From contig CALEGE010000066.1 in the NCBI GenBank assembly GCA_937877025.1, positions 15,388 to 79,387 on the forward strand: 64,000 bases of DNA, written 5' to 3'. Of the stretch, positions 55,336 to 64,000 are shown piece after piece. The first letter of the stretch is position 1. Every line of letters starts with the position of its first letter. Below the pieces are notes generated by a model. That model made no database searches, was not told the DNA's origin, and was given only the letters and a program-made list of their open reading frames with translations. The DNA comes from an uncultured Spirochaetia bacterium. GTDB taxonomy: Bacteria; Spirochaetota; UBA4802; UBA5368. Both the position numbers and the translations under genes were made by a program.

Positions 55336-56034
55336 ATGAATAATGATATCGCGTTAATGATCGAGTTGCAGCGCTATTGGAGTAACGTACTGCAAGGGAC
55401 CGCCGATATTGAGAAAACAAGGAAAGCGATTCTTTACTGGGGAGATCGCGTGCGCGACGGCGAAAAGACGCTATCGGACCTTGACGAGGCGATAAAGAAA
55501 ACAAAAATAGAAATCCAGAGAAAGGAAATGGAGCTTGCCGATCTTGACGCGAAAGCGAAAAAACTTGACGATCGGACGAATCAGGTTTCTTCAGAAAAGG
55601 AAATGACGGCTGTGCGCAATGAGCTGAATGCCGTGAATGACGCGCGCGGAAAAGTTGAAGAGGAAGCGATCAGGCTGATGGATTCCGTGGAGGAAAAAAG
55701 CGGCTCCAGAAAAAAGGCGGCTGATGAATTGCAGGAGACTGCGTCGCAGGCTGAAAAGGACATTGCCACAATGCGGGAGCGCATTGCGAGGTTTGAAATG
55801 CTGACCGACGAAAACCGAAATAACTATGACGCGAGCGTTGCTAAGCTCTCGCCGGCCGTAAAATCGAGATTTCAAAAGCTGCTTTCGTCCGGGATCGGTA
55901 TCGCAATCGCGAAGGTGGAAGGTGAAACCTGTGGCGCGTGCCATTTTCAGATCCCGGCTTATTTGATTTCCGATGCGTCGAAAAACGATAAAATTGTAAA
56001 CTGTACGAATTGCGGCCGGTTTATCTATTCATAG
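55336..56034 (+). CDS. C4-type zinc-ribbon domain protein (DUF164/COG1579 family)
   Basis: Long coiled-coil followed by a C-terminal zinc ribbon (CGACHFQIPAY ... VNCTNCGRFIY). Confidence 0.65.
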   Translation: MNNDIALMIELQRYWSNVLQGTADIEKTRKAILYWGDRVRDGEKTLSDLDEAIKKTKIEIQRKEMELADLDAKAKKLDDRTNQVSSEKEMTAVRNELNAVNDARGKVEEEAIRLMDSVEEKSGSRKKAADELQETASQAEKDIATMRERIARFEMLTDENRNNYDASVAKLSPAVKSRFQKLLSSGIGIAIAKVEGETCGACHFQIPAYLISDASKNDKIVNCTNCGRFIYS

Positions 56035-56079
56035 AGATAGTCGGATCGTGGCGAATAATTCAACGGGGATGGGGAGAGC

Positions 56080-56769
56080 ATGCTTTTAAGTATTGATCGG
56101 GTATTACAGCTTCTGGCCGAGGGCAAGAGCGTTCAAAAAATCGCCGAGATGGCGGAGGCGGATGTCGATGATGTGTGCGGCATTATCGAGGAAGCGAGAA
56201 AAATAATTGAGGCGGGAGACAGGGCCCGCTCGCGGAAAAAGGTTATCTTAAAGAAAAAAGCCACCGCGGCGGATGAAAATGAAAAAGCCGAATCCGCAAA
56301 GGACGAAGGATTAACTGTGCCCTCGATATTCGAAGGTTCCGAGTTATCCGCCGTTCCGTTGAATTCTTCTCTTGTTATCTATACCGACGGGGCGTCGCGC
56401 GGAAATCCTGGGCCCGGCGGGATAGGCATCGTAATTTATGACAGCGACAACCGGCAGGTCGGCAAGGTCTCGTTAAGCATCGGAATCTGCACGAACAATT
56501 ACGCGGAATACACAGCGCTGATACGCGCCCTTAAGATAGCGATTTATTTTAAAACCAGAACCCTGAAAATTCGCACCGATTCGGAACTCATTGTAAAACA
56601 AATGCGTGGCGAGTACAGGGTGAATAATGAAAACATCAAATCTCTTTATGAAGAGGCGGTGCAGTTGAAGAAAAAAATCAACAGTTGTAAAATAGAGCAC
56701 GTGACGCGCAACCTCAATGACAAGGCCGATTTTCTTGCGAAAAAGGCCTCCCTCGCGGTGAAAGACTGA
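56080..56769 (+). CDS. rnhA: ribonuclease HI with ~90-aa N-terminal HTH-like extension
   Basis: RNase H core (VIYTDGASRGNPGPGGIGIVI ... NNYAEYTALIRALK ... TDSELIVKQM). The N-terminal extension (DRVLQLLAEGKSVQKIAEMAEADVDDV) looks like a helix-turn-helix segment. Confidence 0.75.
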   Translation: MLLSIDRVLQLLAEGKSVQKIAEMAEADVDDVCGIIEEARKIIEAGDRARSRKKVILKKKATAADENEKAESAKDEGLTVPSIFEGSELSAVPLNSSLVIYTDGASRGNPGPGGIGIVIYDSDNRQVGKVSLSIGICTNNYAEYTALIRALKIAIYFKTRTLKIRTDSELIVKQMRGEYRVNNENIKSLYEEAVQLKKKINSCKIEHVTRNLNDKADFLAKKASLAVKD

Positions 56770-56799
56770 CAATTGCCGCCGAAGAATGAGAACTGTACA

Positions 56800-58875
56800 A
56801 TGAAAACAGGATGGGCGGTAAAGACCGCCGACGCGGCTGTGGCGGAAAAAATTGCTGTCACCTTCGGGCTCAATCCGCACCTTGCCGCGATGCTTGTGTC
56901 CCGCGGGGTGACAACGCTCAATGATGCCGATACGTTTCTGTCGCCGCGGCTTTCCTCGGTGCATAGTCCATTCCTGATGAAGGGGATGTATGACGCGGTG
57001 GAGCGTATCTATCTGGCGCGGAGCCGCGATGAGAAAATAGGGTTGTTCGCCGATTCGGATCTTGACGGCCTTACCTCGATGACGGTAATGACGCGCCTGT
57101 TCGAAAAAATAGGCATAACGGAAAAGCCCTACAACCGTTTCCCTGTTGATGATGAGGATTACGGCCTCAGCGCTGCGGTGATTGATGAATTTCATCGTAA
57201 CGGTGTTACGCTGATGATCACGCTCGATTCGGGGATCCGTGACGTGAACGAGATTGCGTATGCGCGATCTCTCGGCATGGACGTCATCGTGTGCGACCAC
57301 CACGAGGAGGGCGATGCAGTTCCCGACGCCATTATCGTCAATCCCAAACAGAAAGGATGCCCCTACCCGTTTAAGGAGCTTGCGGGTGTCGGCGTTGCGT
57401 TCAAGCTTTGCCACGGGGTGCTGATGAGATCACTGCAGCGGCACGGGCGCCGTTTTGTGCTGCTTGCCGGCGACGACGGAGCCGTCGCCGTGGCCTTTAT
57501 CAGAGATCGTATCGTTGAGAGAATTGAGCGTCTGGGCGGCGCGGATGCCCCATCGGCGCTTGCCGCACGTGTCGATGATGGCGATACGATCGTTACGTTC
57601 GATGTCGACGGATGTGTGCCGCTGAAGGGCGCCGTGCAAAACCATCGTTCTCATGATCTTTGCGCCCTGATGAACGAATCGCTGCGTAGCGGCGGTGTTT
57701 CCGCCGCTCCCATGGACATCGACGCGCTGTGCGCGTATTATTCTGTCAACAGAAAAGTTTACAGTGATAAAATTGATTGCGCGATTGAGCTTTTTCTCGA
57801 AAATGATTTTCATCAGTCGCCGAAGCTGAAGGAGTATATCGGTTCGATTATCGATCTGGTCGCTCTCGGCACGATCGCGGATATCATGCCGATGCGCGGC
57901 GAAAACAGGATACTCGTGCATCACGGACTGAAATTTCTCAATGCCACCGCGCATCCGGGATTGCGGCGTCTGCTCGATTCCGGGAGTGGTGCGGTGACGT
58001 CGAAGTATATTGCGTGGAATGTTACGCCGCTCCTCAATACGCCCGGCCGCTTCGGGAAGACAATGCTTACCGCCGATTTCTTTCTCGAGGAGAATAGAGA
58101 CCGCCTTGATCGTATCATCAACGGCATTCAGCAAATGAATGTGGAAAGAAAGGCGATGCTTTCAAAGTTGTATGATTTCCTCAACGAGGGTGTGGTTTCG
58201 GGCAAGTACCTGTCGGGAGAACGTCTTTTCTTTATTGCGGAACCGGACATTCCCGAAGGACTGTGCGGGCTTCTCGCCAACAGGCTTTCCGAGTCGTTCA
58301 ACGCGCCGGTAATCGTTATATCGAATACGGCGGGGAAAGAGGTGCTTAAAGGCTCCGGAAGATCGAAAGGCGGCTTTAATTTTTTCTCGTGCGTCAAGCC
58401 CTTCTCCGGCCTGTTTGAAAAAATAGGCGGCCATCCGCAGGCATTCGGCTTCTCGGTGAAGAGCGACCTGGTAAACGAAGTGCGCACCAGCATTGCCGGC
58501 GCAGTGGATGCGGCGATGGGATATTGCCACGATCCCGATCTTCTGATCGATGCGGAGCTGTCGATCGAACTGATCGACGCCTCGTTCGTACACGGTTTTC
58601 TCGCGCTTGAACCGACAGGGCACAGGAACGAAGAGGCGGTATTTCTTTCACGCAACCTCACTATACGCGAGTGTGTTCGGTTCGGCGCGGAAAAAAATCA
58701 CGGGAAATATTTTTTCAGCGAAAACAGGGCGGTCGAGGCAATCGGATGGAACATGGGGCGGCTGATGGAGGAGAAAGCCGCGTGCGGCGGCTCGGTCGAT
58801 CTGGTGTACCGTCTTGAAAACAGCGAATTTAACGGCTTGACGTCGTGTCGCATGGTGCTGATAGATATAGACTGA
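56800..58875 (+). CDS. recJ: single-stranded-DNA-specific exonuclease RecJ
   Basis: DHH motifs (FADSDLDGLTS; ITLDSG; VIVCDHHE) plus a DHHA1 domain (GGHPQAFG). Confidence 0.85.
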   Translation: MKTGWAVKTADAAVAEKIAVTFGLNPHLAAMLVSRGVTTLNDADTFLSPRLSSVHSPFLMKGMYDAVERIYLARSRDEKIGLFADSDLDGLTSMTVMTRLFEKIGITEKPYNRFPVDDEDYGLSAAVIDEFHRNGVTLMITLDSGIRDVNEIAYARSLGMDVIVCDHHEEGDAVPDAIIVNPKQKGCPYPFKELAGVGVAFKLCHGVLMRSLQRHGRRFVLLAGDDGAVAVAFIRDRIVERIERLGGADAPSALAARVDDGDTIVTFDVDGCVPLKGAVQNHRSHDLCALMNESLRSGGVSAAPMDIDALCAYYSVNRKVYSDKIDCAIELFLENDFHQSPKLKEYIGSIIDLVALGTIADIMPMRGENRILVHHGLKFLNATAHPGLRRLLDSGSGAVTSKYIAWNVTPLLNTPGRFGKTMLTADFFLEENRDRLDRIINGIQQMNVERKAMLSKLYDFLNEGVVSGKYLSGERLFFIAEPDIPEGLCGLLANRLSESFNAPVIVISNTAGKEVLKGSGRSKGGFNFFSCVKPFSGLFEKIGGHPQAFGFSVKSDLVNEVRTSIAGAVDAAMGYCHDPDLLIDAELSIELIDASFVHGFLALEPTGHRNEEAVFLSRNLTIRECVRFGAEKNHGKYFFSENRAVEAIGWNMGRLMEEKAACGGSVDLVYRLENSEFNGLTSCRMVLIDID

Positions 58876-59001
58876 CTAAGCGCCGGTTGTTGCCGTGCCA
58901 AATTATTTTTGCTGCGGATGTAATTGTGTTTGACGTTGCCGGACAGTGAGTATACATTTACGCGTTGTCGTCAGGATATCACTATAGTGCGGGGATTGAA
59001 C

Positions 59002-59301
59002 ATGAACATTGAAGTAAAGGATAACGAGGCCGTCATCAGCGTAAAGGTGAACGGCGATATCGAAATGATGACGATAAAGGAATTCAAGGAAAAACTTCTC
59101 GAACTTGGGCAGAGCGCCGACAAGGATATCGAGCTCGATCTTTCTGAAGTGGAATATATAGATTCTTCGGGTGTGGGGGTGCTGATCAGTCTTTTGAAGC
59201 TGCAGAAAAAAAAGGATAAAGTCCTTCAAATTAAGAAAGCCAGCCAGAAGGTGATGAACGTGCTGAAGCTCAGTTCCCTCTCTGATGTATTCGATCTGTA
59301 A
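59002..59301 (+). CDS. STAS-domain anti-sigma factor antagonist
   Basis: 99 aa; LDLSEVEYIDSSGVGVLISL STAS motif with the phosphorylatable Ser context. ATG 59002. Confidence 0.7.
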   Translation: MNIEVKDNEAVISVKVNGDIEMMTIKEFKEKLLELGQSADKDIELDLSEVEYIDSSGVGVLISLLKLQKKKDKVLQIKKASQKVMNVLKLSSLSDVFDL

Positions 59302-59325
59302 TCCTGCCACGTCGCGACGGCGAAT

Positions 59326-59814
59326 ATGACAAACATCCGTATCGGCATAGGTTATGATGTGCATCCGTTTGCGGAGAACCGGAAATTGATTCTTGGGGGC
59401 GTAGATATCGAGTTTTCCCGGGGACTTCAGGGGCATTCCGACGCCGATGTTCTGACGCATGCCCTCATTGACGCGCTGTTAGGCGCGGCGTCGCTTCCGG
59501 ATATCGGCACAATGTTTCCCGACAGCGACGGTCGTTACAAAAACATCAGCAGCATACTGCTGCTGGGCGACGTGTTCCGCGAGCTTGATCGGCGGAATAT
59601 CGCGATTGTCAACATTGACGCTGTCATTGTGTGCGAGTCGCCCAGAATTTCACCGTACGCCGATGCGATGAAAAAAAACATATCCGCCGCCCTCGGGGGG
59701 CTTCCGGCGTCACGGATCGGGATTAAGGGCAAAACATCGGAAGGCCTCGGTTTTACCGGCAGGCAGGAAGGCATCGCCGCGCACGCAGTATCCCTTGTTG
59801 AACTTCCGATTTAA
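59326..59814 (+). CDS. ispF: 2-C-methyl-D-erythritol 2,4-cyclodiphosphate synthase
   Basis: IGIGYDVHPF, GHSDADVLTHAL and FPDSD IspF motifs. Confidence 0.9.
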   Translation: MTNIRIGIGYDVHPFAENRKLILGGVDIEFSRGLQGHSDADVLTHALIDALLGAASLPDIGTMFPDSDGRYKNISSILLLGDVFRELDRRNIAIVNIDAVIVCESPRISPYADAMKKNISAALGGLPASRIGIKGKTSEGLGFTGRQEGIAAHAVSLVELPI

Positions 59815-60018
59815 AATTTCGCACGTATCGGAATCCCCGTGCTGTTTGCAGCGCGCACTGAACCGGTTGCACCCGTAAAAATAACCGCATCCCCGGACAA
59901 TTATCGTTGACATCCTGTCTCTTAATGGTGTTTTCATTGAGAAATTGCGCGGCATTGTGCTCCCTGTGTGAAGGTGTGTGTCCGCCGCGACTCTAACTGA
60001 AGGTGCGGGTTACGCAGA

Positions 60019-61233
60019 ATGATACGAAATGATATTGAACTGCTGAAACGAGGAGCTGAAGAAATCATCCCCGAAGATGAATTTATTAAGAAGCTGGAAC
60101 GTTCCGAAAAGGAAAACAAACCGCTCATTGTCAAGGCGGGGTTCGATCCCACGGCCCCCGATATCCATCTCGGGCATACGGTGCTCCTTCGCAAGATGAA
60201 GCACTTCCAGGATATGGGGCACACCGTCGTCTTCCTTATCGGCGATTTTACCGGCATGATCGGCGACCCTTCGGGGAAATCTGAAACGCGAAAGCGGTTG
60301 ACGCGCGAAGAGGTGCTCGAGAACGCTGAAACCTACAAACGCCAGGTGTTTAAAATCCTCGACAGGGAAAAAACGGTAATAGATTTCAATTCGCGCTGGT
60401 GCCAGCCCATGAATTTCGCCGATGTGCTCGATCTGACATCACGGTACAACGTGGCCCGGATGCTCGAGCGCGACGATTTCGACAAGCGGTATAAAGACGG
60501 CCGGCCCATTTCCATTCTCGAATTCATGTATCCGCTGGTGCAGGGATACGATTCTGTCGCGCTGAAGGCCGATATCGAGCTTGGCGGCACCGACCAGAAG
60601 TTCAACCTGCTGGTGGGACGCGATCTTCAGCGCGAGTATGGGCAGGAGCCGCAGGTGATCATGACGCTGCCGCTCCTTGTCGGCCTCGACGGCGTGCAGA
60701 AGATGAGCAAATCGCTGCATAACTATGTTGGCATCGACGAACAGCCGAGGGAGATTTTCGGCAAAATAATGTCGATATCGGACGAGCTGATGTTTTTGTA
60801 TTATACCCTCGTTACCGACGTGCCGCTTGACGAGGTGAAGGCCATGAAGGCTGGCGTGCAGGATGGCAGCGTGCATCCCAGGGCGGTCAAGGTGCGTCTC
60901 GCGAAGGAAATCTGTGCGCAGTTTTACGACAGAGAAACCGCTGACGGGGCCGAGGCTGAATTCAACAAGATTTTCGTGAAAAAAGACCTTCCCGACGAGA
61001 TTGACGAATATACCATTGCCGAGGATGATAAAACCGACGGCAAAATATGGATTGTAAAACTTATGGTTCTTGCCGGGCTTGCGCAGTCTAACGGCGAGGG
61101 GCGAAGGCTGATCAAGGGAGGCGGCGTTTCGATCGACGGTGAGAAGGTGCAGAATGAGGATTTCGAGCTTGCGCTGCCCTGCGAATGCATTATAAAAGTC
61201 GGGAAACGCCGGTTTGTCAGGGTAATCGGATAA
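60019..61233 (+). CDS. tyrS: tyrosine--tRNA ligase
   Basis: HIGH motif (PDIHLGH), KMSKS motif (KMSKSL) and a C-terminal S4-like domain. Confidence 0.9.
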   Translation: MIRNDIELLKRGAEEIIPEDEFIKKLERSEKENKPLIVKAGFDPTAPDIHLGHTVLLRKMKHFQDMGHTVVFLIGDFTGMIGDPSGKSETRKRLTREEVLENAETYKRQVFKILDREKTVIDFNSRWCQPMNFADVLDLTSRYNVARMLERDDFDKRYKDGRPISILEFMYPLVQGYDSVALKADIELGGTDQKFNLLVGRDLQREYGQEPQVIMTLPLLVGLDGVQKMSKSLHNYVGIDEQPREIFGKIMSISDELMFLYYTLVTDVPLDEVKAMKAGVQDGSVHPRAVKVRLAKEICAQFYDRETADGAEAEFNKIFVKKDLPDEIDEYTIAEDDKTDGKIWIVKLMVLAGLAQSNGEGRRLIKGGGVSIDGEKVQNEDFELALPCECIIKVGKRRFVRVIG

Positions 61234-61265
61234 GGCGGTTTTTTTGTAACCGATCAGGGAATGGC

Positions 61266-61838
61266 ATGTCTGATATTAATGATCTTGAAATAGTTGATAG
61301 GGTACTGGCCGGCGATAATGAGGCTTTTTCCGGTATTATCCAAGATTATCAGAACAGGATTTTCAGATATGTCTATTCAAAAGTTTACGATTACGATGAA
61401 GCCCTCGATATGACACAGGAAATTTTTGTAATGACCATGGAGTCTTTGAAGTCCTTTCGCAGGGAATCAAAGTTTTCCACATGGCTTTACAGCATAATGG
61501 TGAATTATTGCAAGAATTACCGGAAAAAGAGGGAGCGCTACGCCGTTATTCCCATCACCAGGGGGGATGGGGCCGAAGAATTCGAGCTTCAGATACCCGA
61601 TGATCGTGAGGATCCCGCTCGCGATATTATTGACGGCGATTCGTTGCGGATAGTGAAAGAGGAACTTTTCAATCTGCCGGATGATTACAGGGAGATACTT
61701 ATACTGCGTGATATCGAGGGGTTATCGTATAATGATATTGTACGTGTTCTCGGCATCAATCTTTCCAGCGTCAAGGTGAGAATACACCGGGGCAGGGCGA
61801 TGCTGAAAAAGAGGCTTGTGGAGAGGGGGTTCGTATGA
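61266..61838 (+). CDS. ECF-type RNA polymerase sigma-70 factor
   Basis: Region 2 (FSGIIQDYQNRIFRYVYSKV ... FSTWLYSIMVNYC) and region 4 HTH (LSYNDIVRVLGINLSSVKVRIHRGRAMLKK). Confidence 0.8.
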   Translation: MSDINDLEIVDRVLAGDNEAFSGIIQDYQNRIFRYVYSKVYDYDEALDMTQEIFVMTMESLKSFRRESKFSTWLYSIMVNYCKNYRKKRERYAVIPITRGDGAEEFELQIPDDREDPARDIIDGDSLRIVKEELFNLPDDYREILILRDIEGLSYNDIVRVLGINLSSVKVRIHRGRAMLKKRLVERGFV

Positions 61839-62542
61839 AAATTGAGCACATAGAATTCAGCGTTTTATCCGATTTCCATGACGACATGCTTTCTCCTGAA
61901 AAGAGGGAGGCGGTCCTGGCGCACATTCGTGAGTGTGCCGCGTGCAAAAAAGAATATGAAGACCTTCAAACGCTCGTACGCATGGTGTCGTGTCTCAAGG
62001 GCATGGGAATCAAAAATGGCGATGAATTTACTCGGCACGTCATTTGCCTCATTGAGACGAGGAGAACGCGAAGCTATTTTCGAAAGCTTGTTCCGTCAGC
62101 GGCGGTCGCCGCGTTGATTGTGTTTGCCGTCGGCCTTGATTATTTTGGCGGGCGTTCGCAGCGTACCGAAACCGCGACAACCATGACAAGTGCGCCTTCC
62201 GTGGATTTGCCGCGCCCGTCGATAAATGGTGTGCGCGCCATCCATGAAATCAGCAGTGACTACGGCATTAAAAAAACGCTTAGTATTCTCCGCAGTAACA
62301 GCGCGCGCGTGGTTATGATGTCAGACTCGTATATCGAGGGAGAGGCGCCCGCGCGCGGGTTTAACAATCTATGCAGGGAATTCGAGGCCGCTCAGACGCA
62401 CGCATCGTACGGGATGGCCACACCCGTCAGCATGCGCGAACCGGAAATGGCGCAGGAAAACTCGGTGTATATTGCCGAGCAGTTCGCCGCATCCGGCGCG
62501 CGCGATGGCGGCATTGTCAGATTCAGGGTCAATCTGCGCTGA
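61835..62542 (+). CDS. putative anti-sigma factor (zf-HC2 type) with one TM
   Basis: 4-nt ATGA overlap with the sigma gene. N-terminal HIRECAACKKEY (H-x3-C-x2-C). TM (AAVAALIVFAVGL). Confidence 0.55.
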   Translation: MKIEHIEFSVLSDFHDDMLSPEKREAVLAHIRECAACKKEYEDLQTLVRMVSCLKGMGIKNGDEFTRHVICLIETRRTRSYFRKLVPSAAVAALIVFAVGLDYFGGRSQRTETATTMTSAPSVDLPRPSINGVRAIHEISSDYGIKKTLSILRSNSARVVMMSDSYIEGEAPARGFNNLCREFEAAQTHASYGMATPVSMREPEMAQENSVYIAEQFAASGARDGGIVRFRVNLR

Positions 62543-62670
62543 CAGCGGCGCCTGCCATGGCGCTCCTTTCCGTTTTTTAATTGCAAATAAACGCTTCAAT
62601 TGTACGATACTATAGTAGCAGGCACGCGGCGGCGCGCGCCGGTAATACTATCTTCATCCCAGGAAACGCT

Positions 62671-64000
62671 ATGATAACGATAAGCCTTATTTCCTCGTGT
62701 CTTGCTTCGATGATGCTGATTTTCATGGCTGGATTCGTGCTGGTCAAGGACTGGCGCGACCAGGTGAACAGGTATTACGTGTATTTTGCGCTTTCGGCAT
62801 TTATTATCCTTTCCACGATGTTTGTCACCTACGCGTATCCGGAATCGCCGCATCTTCCTCAGATCAACAGGCTGACGCAGATGGGGACAGTGCTTTTTTT
62901 TAGCTCGCTATTTACGATGTCGCTTGTCTTTCCCAAGATCGAAAAGCGGTTTCCTTTTAAATACACAGTGCTTGTGCTCGTTCCTGCGTTTAGTGTGGGA
63001 GCCATTGCGGTCGGCACTGACCTGACTATTACAAATGCGTATTTTAAAAATGGTTCGCTCGTTCGTGAGTTCAGGTTCTTTTATACGATATATGCGGTCA
63101 TCGCGTTTCTCTATCTCATCCTGGGAACCGCGAATTTTATCTATAAATACATTAAAACGGACGTTGCCATTTACCGCCTTCAGATGCGGTTCATGTTTGT
63201 CGGCACATCGCTTGCGGTTGTCGTCGCCGCGGTATGTTCGATTATCCTCCCGAGGTTCTTTAACTTTGCCGAACTGTATGTGCTCGGGCCATCGCTTGCG
63301 TCGTTTATCGGTTTTGGATCGCTTTTTTACTCTGTAATTTCGTACAATCTTATGGATATCACGACCGCGGTTCATAAGACGACCACATATGCGATTATAT
63401 CGGCGGCCATATTTGTCCCGATCTACCTGACGGTGATGAGTCATGACGCGAACATCTGGGGGCTTGGACAGATGCCGTTATACCTGCTTGCGGCGGTTAT
63501 TGTGCTGCTGTTCATTTTTTATTCAATTTACATTCAGCCGTCGATTGACAGGGCATTCAAGAGAAAGCAGTACGAATTTGAGGGGATGCTCGACAACTTT
63601 ATACGGGACGTGGGAAAAGTGAGGGATTATGCCAGCTTGATCCGCCGTTCCGTGGACATTCTCTACCGGTCGCTCTTTCTCAAGCGGGCTTTTTTTCTCA
63701 TGTTCGATGATACATCGAAGCGCTATGAGCTGTATTATCAGAAGGGCGATTCTCTGCCGGTTGCGCCTGTCGAGCGAACCTCAACGGTAATTCGATGGTT
63801 TGTCCGAAACCAGGAGGTGCTTCATGTCGACCGTGTGTACACGGACGATAAAAGCTTTGCCGAAATACGGGAAGGCTTTATCGAATTTTTTACCGGCAAT
63901 AAAGTAAAGGTGTTGCTGCCGATGTACCACGAGCGCCGATTGCTGGGATTGCTCTGTCTCGGTGAAAAAGACACCCTTTCCTCGTATAAGCCGGATGAAC
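62671..64000 (+). CDS. multi-pass membrane sensor protein with GAF-like domain (3'-partial, runs off the window)
   Basis: ATG 62671 behind AGGAAA. About 8 TM helices, then a cytoplasmic GAF-like region (ASLIRRSVDILYRSLFLKRAFFLMFDD ...). No stop codon before the window end; absent from the ORF track for that reason. Confidence 0.5.
   Translation, partial: MITISLISSCLASMMLIFMAGFVLVKDWRDQVNRYYVYFALSAFIILSTMFVTYAYPESPHLPQINRLTQMGTVLFFSSLFTMSLVFPKIEKRFPFKYTVLVLVPAFSVGAIAVGTDLTITNAYFKNGSLVREFRFFYTIYAVIAFLYLILGTANFIYKYIKTDVAIYRLQMRFMFVGTSLAVVVAAVCSIILPRFFNFAELYVLGPSLASFIGFGSLFYSVISYNLMDITTAVHKTTTYAIISAAIFVPIYLTVMSHDANIWGLGQMPLYLLAAVIVLLFIFYSIYIQPSIDRAFKRKQYEFEGMLDNFIRDVGKVRDYASLIRRSVDILYRSLFLKRAFFLMFDDTSKRYELYYQKGDSLPVAPVERTSTVIRWFVRNQEVLHVDRVYTDDKSFAEIREGFIEFFTGNKVKVLLPMYHERRLLGLLCLGEKDTLSSYKPDE

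Noticed and set aside
59815-60018. Possible T-box leader upstream of tyrS
   Set aside because: I could not find the conserved T-box sequence (AATTAGGGTGGNACCGCG-like) or a specifier-loop architecture in the 200-nt leader.
1-64000. CRISPR array or other tandem repeat arrays
   Set aside because: No regularly spaced direct repeats were seen. The only striking repeat structures are isolated hairpins and palindromes (28961, 33161, 40352, 46808).

Overview
This 64-kb window is a dense chromosomal segment of about 70 genes from a bacterium with a Gram-negative-type envelope. Most genes are core housekeeping. On the plus strand, in order: an Skp-like chaperone, an L,D-transpeptidase, yajC-secD-secF, ribD-ribE, PDZ, HDOD and metallo-beta-lactamase-fold genes, tsaC, ppdK, thiolase, a tolC-macA-macB-like efflux operon, xerD, spoIID, queA, a zinc-ribbon gene plus rnhA, recJ, a STAS gene plus ispF, tyrS and an ECF sigma/anti-sigma pair. 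On the minus strand: glnA, a Gfo/Idh/MocA oxidoreductase, a histone-deacetylase-family gene, ndk, cysK, maf, rel, and thiF/moeB. I found three tRNAs: Gly(CCC) at 25181-25252, and Tyr(GTA) with Thr(TGT) at 46850-47010. I saw no rRNA, CRISPR array, transposase or phage structural genes. The composition is mosaic. Housekeeping genes are G+C-rich, while several blocks of uncharacterised genes are visibly A/T-richer (judged by eye, not computed): the STAS gene at 7.8 kb, 10.9-14.0 kb, 17.8-20.7 kb, and 38.4-44.1 kb, the last of which includes ppdK.

The candidates I would look at first are:
- (i) A four-gene cluster of unknown function at 36.2-41.5 kb, directly upstream of ppdK. It includes a vWA-TM-FHA protein and a 649-aa coiled-coil protein with its own near-consensus promoter, strong ribosome-binding site and terminator. 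This may be a cytoplasmic-filament-like (CfpA-like) structural locus; that link rests on recalled Treponema synteny and is unverified.
- (ii) A minus-strand SET-domain / HD-domain / radical-SAM operon at 30.1-32.9 kb. The radical SAM protein carries a non-canonical CX5CX2C cysteine motif.
- (iii) An A/T-rich gene pair at 17.8-20.7 kb encoding a 194-aa protein and a 774-aa transmembrane LysM protein with a large unknown cytoplasmic domain.
- (iv) A perfect 17-bp-arm inverted repeat in a divergent intergenic region at 33.16 kb.
- (v) An orphan intrinsic terminator at 28.96 kb that suggests a small RNA.

The organism may be a free-living spirochaete, but this is low confidence. Coordinates derived by hand from the sequence (tRNAs, hairpins, promoters) may be off by 1-2 nt.
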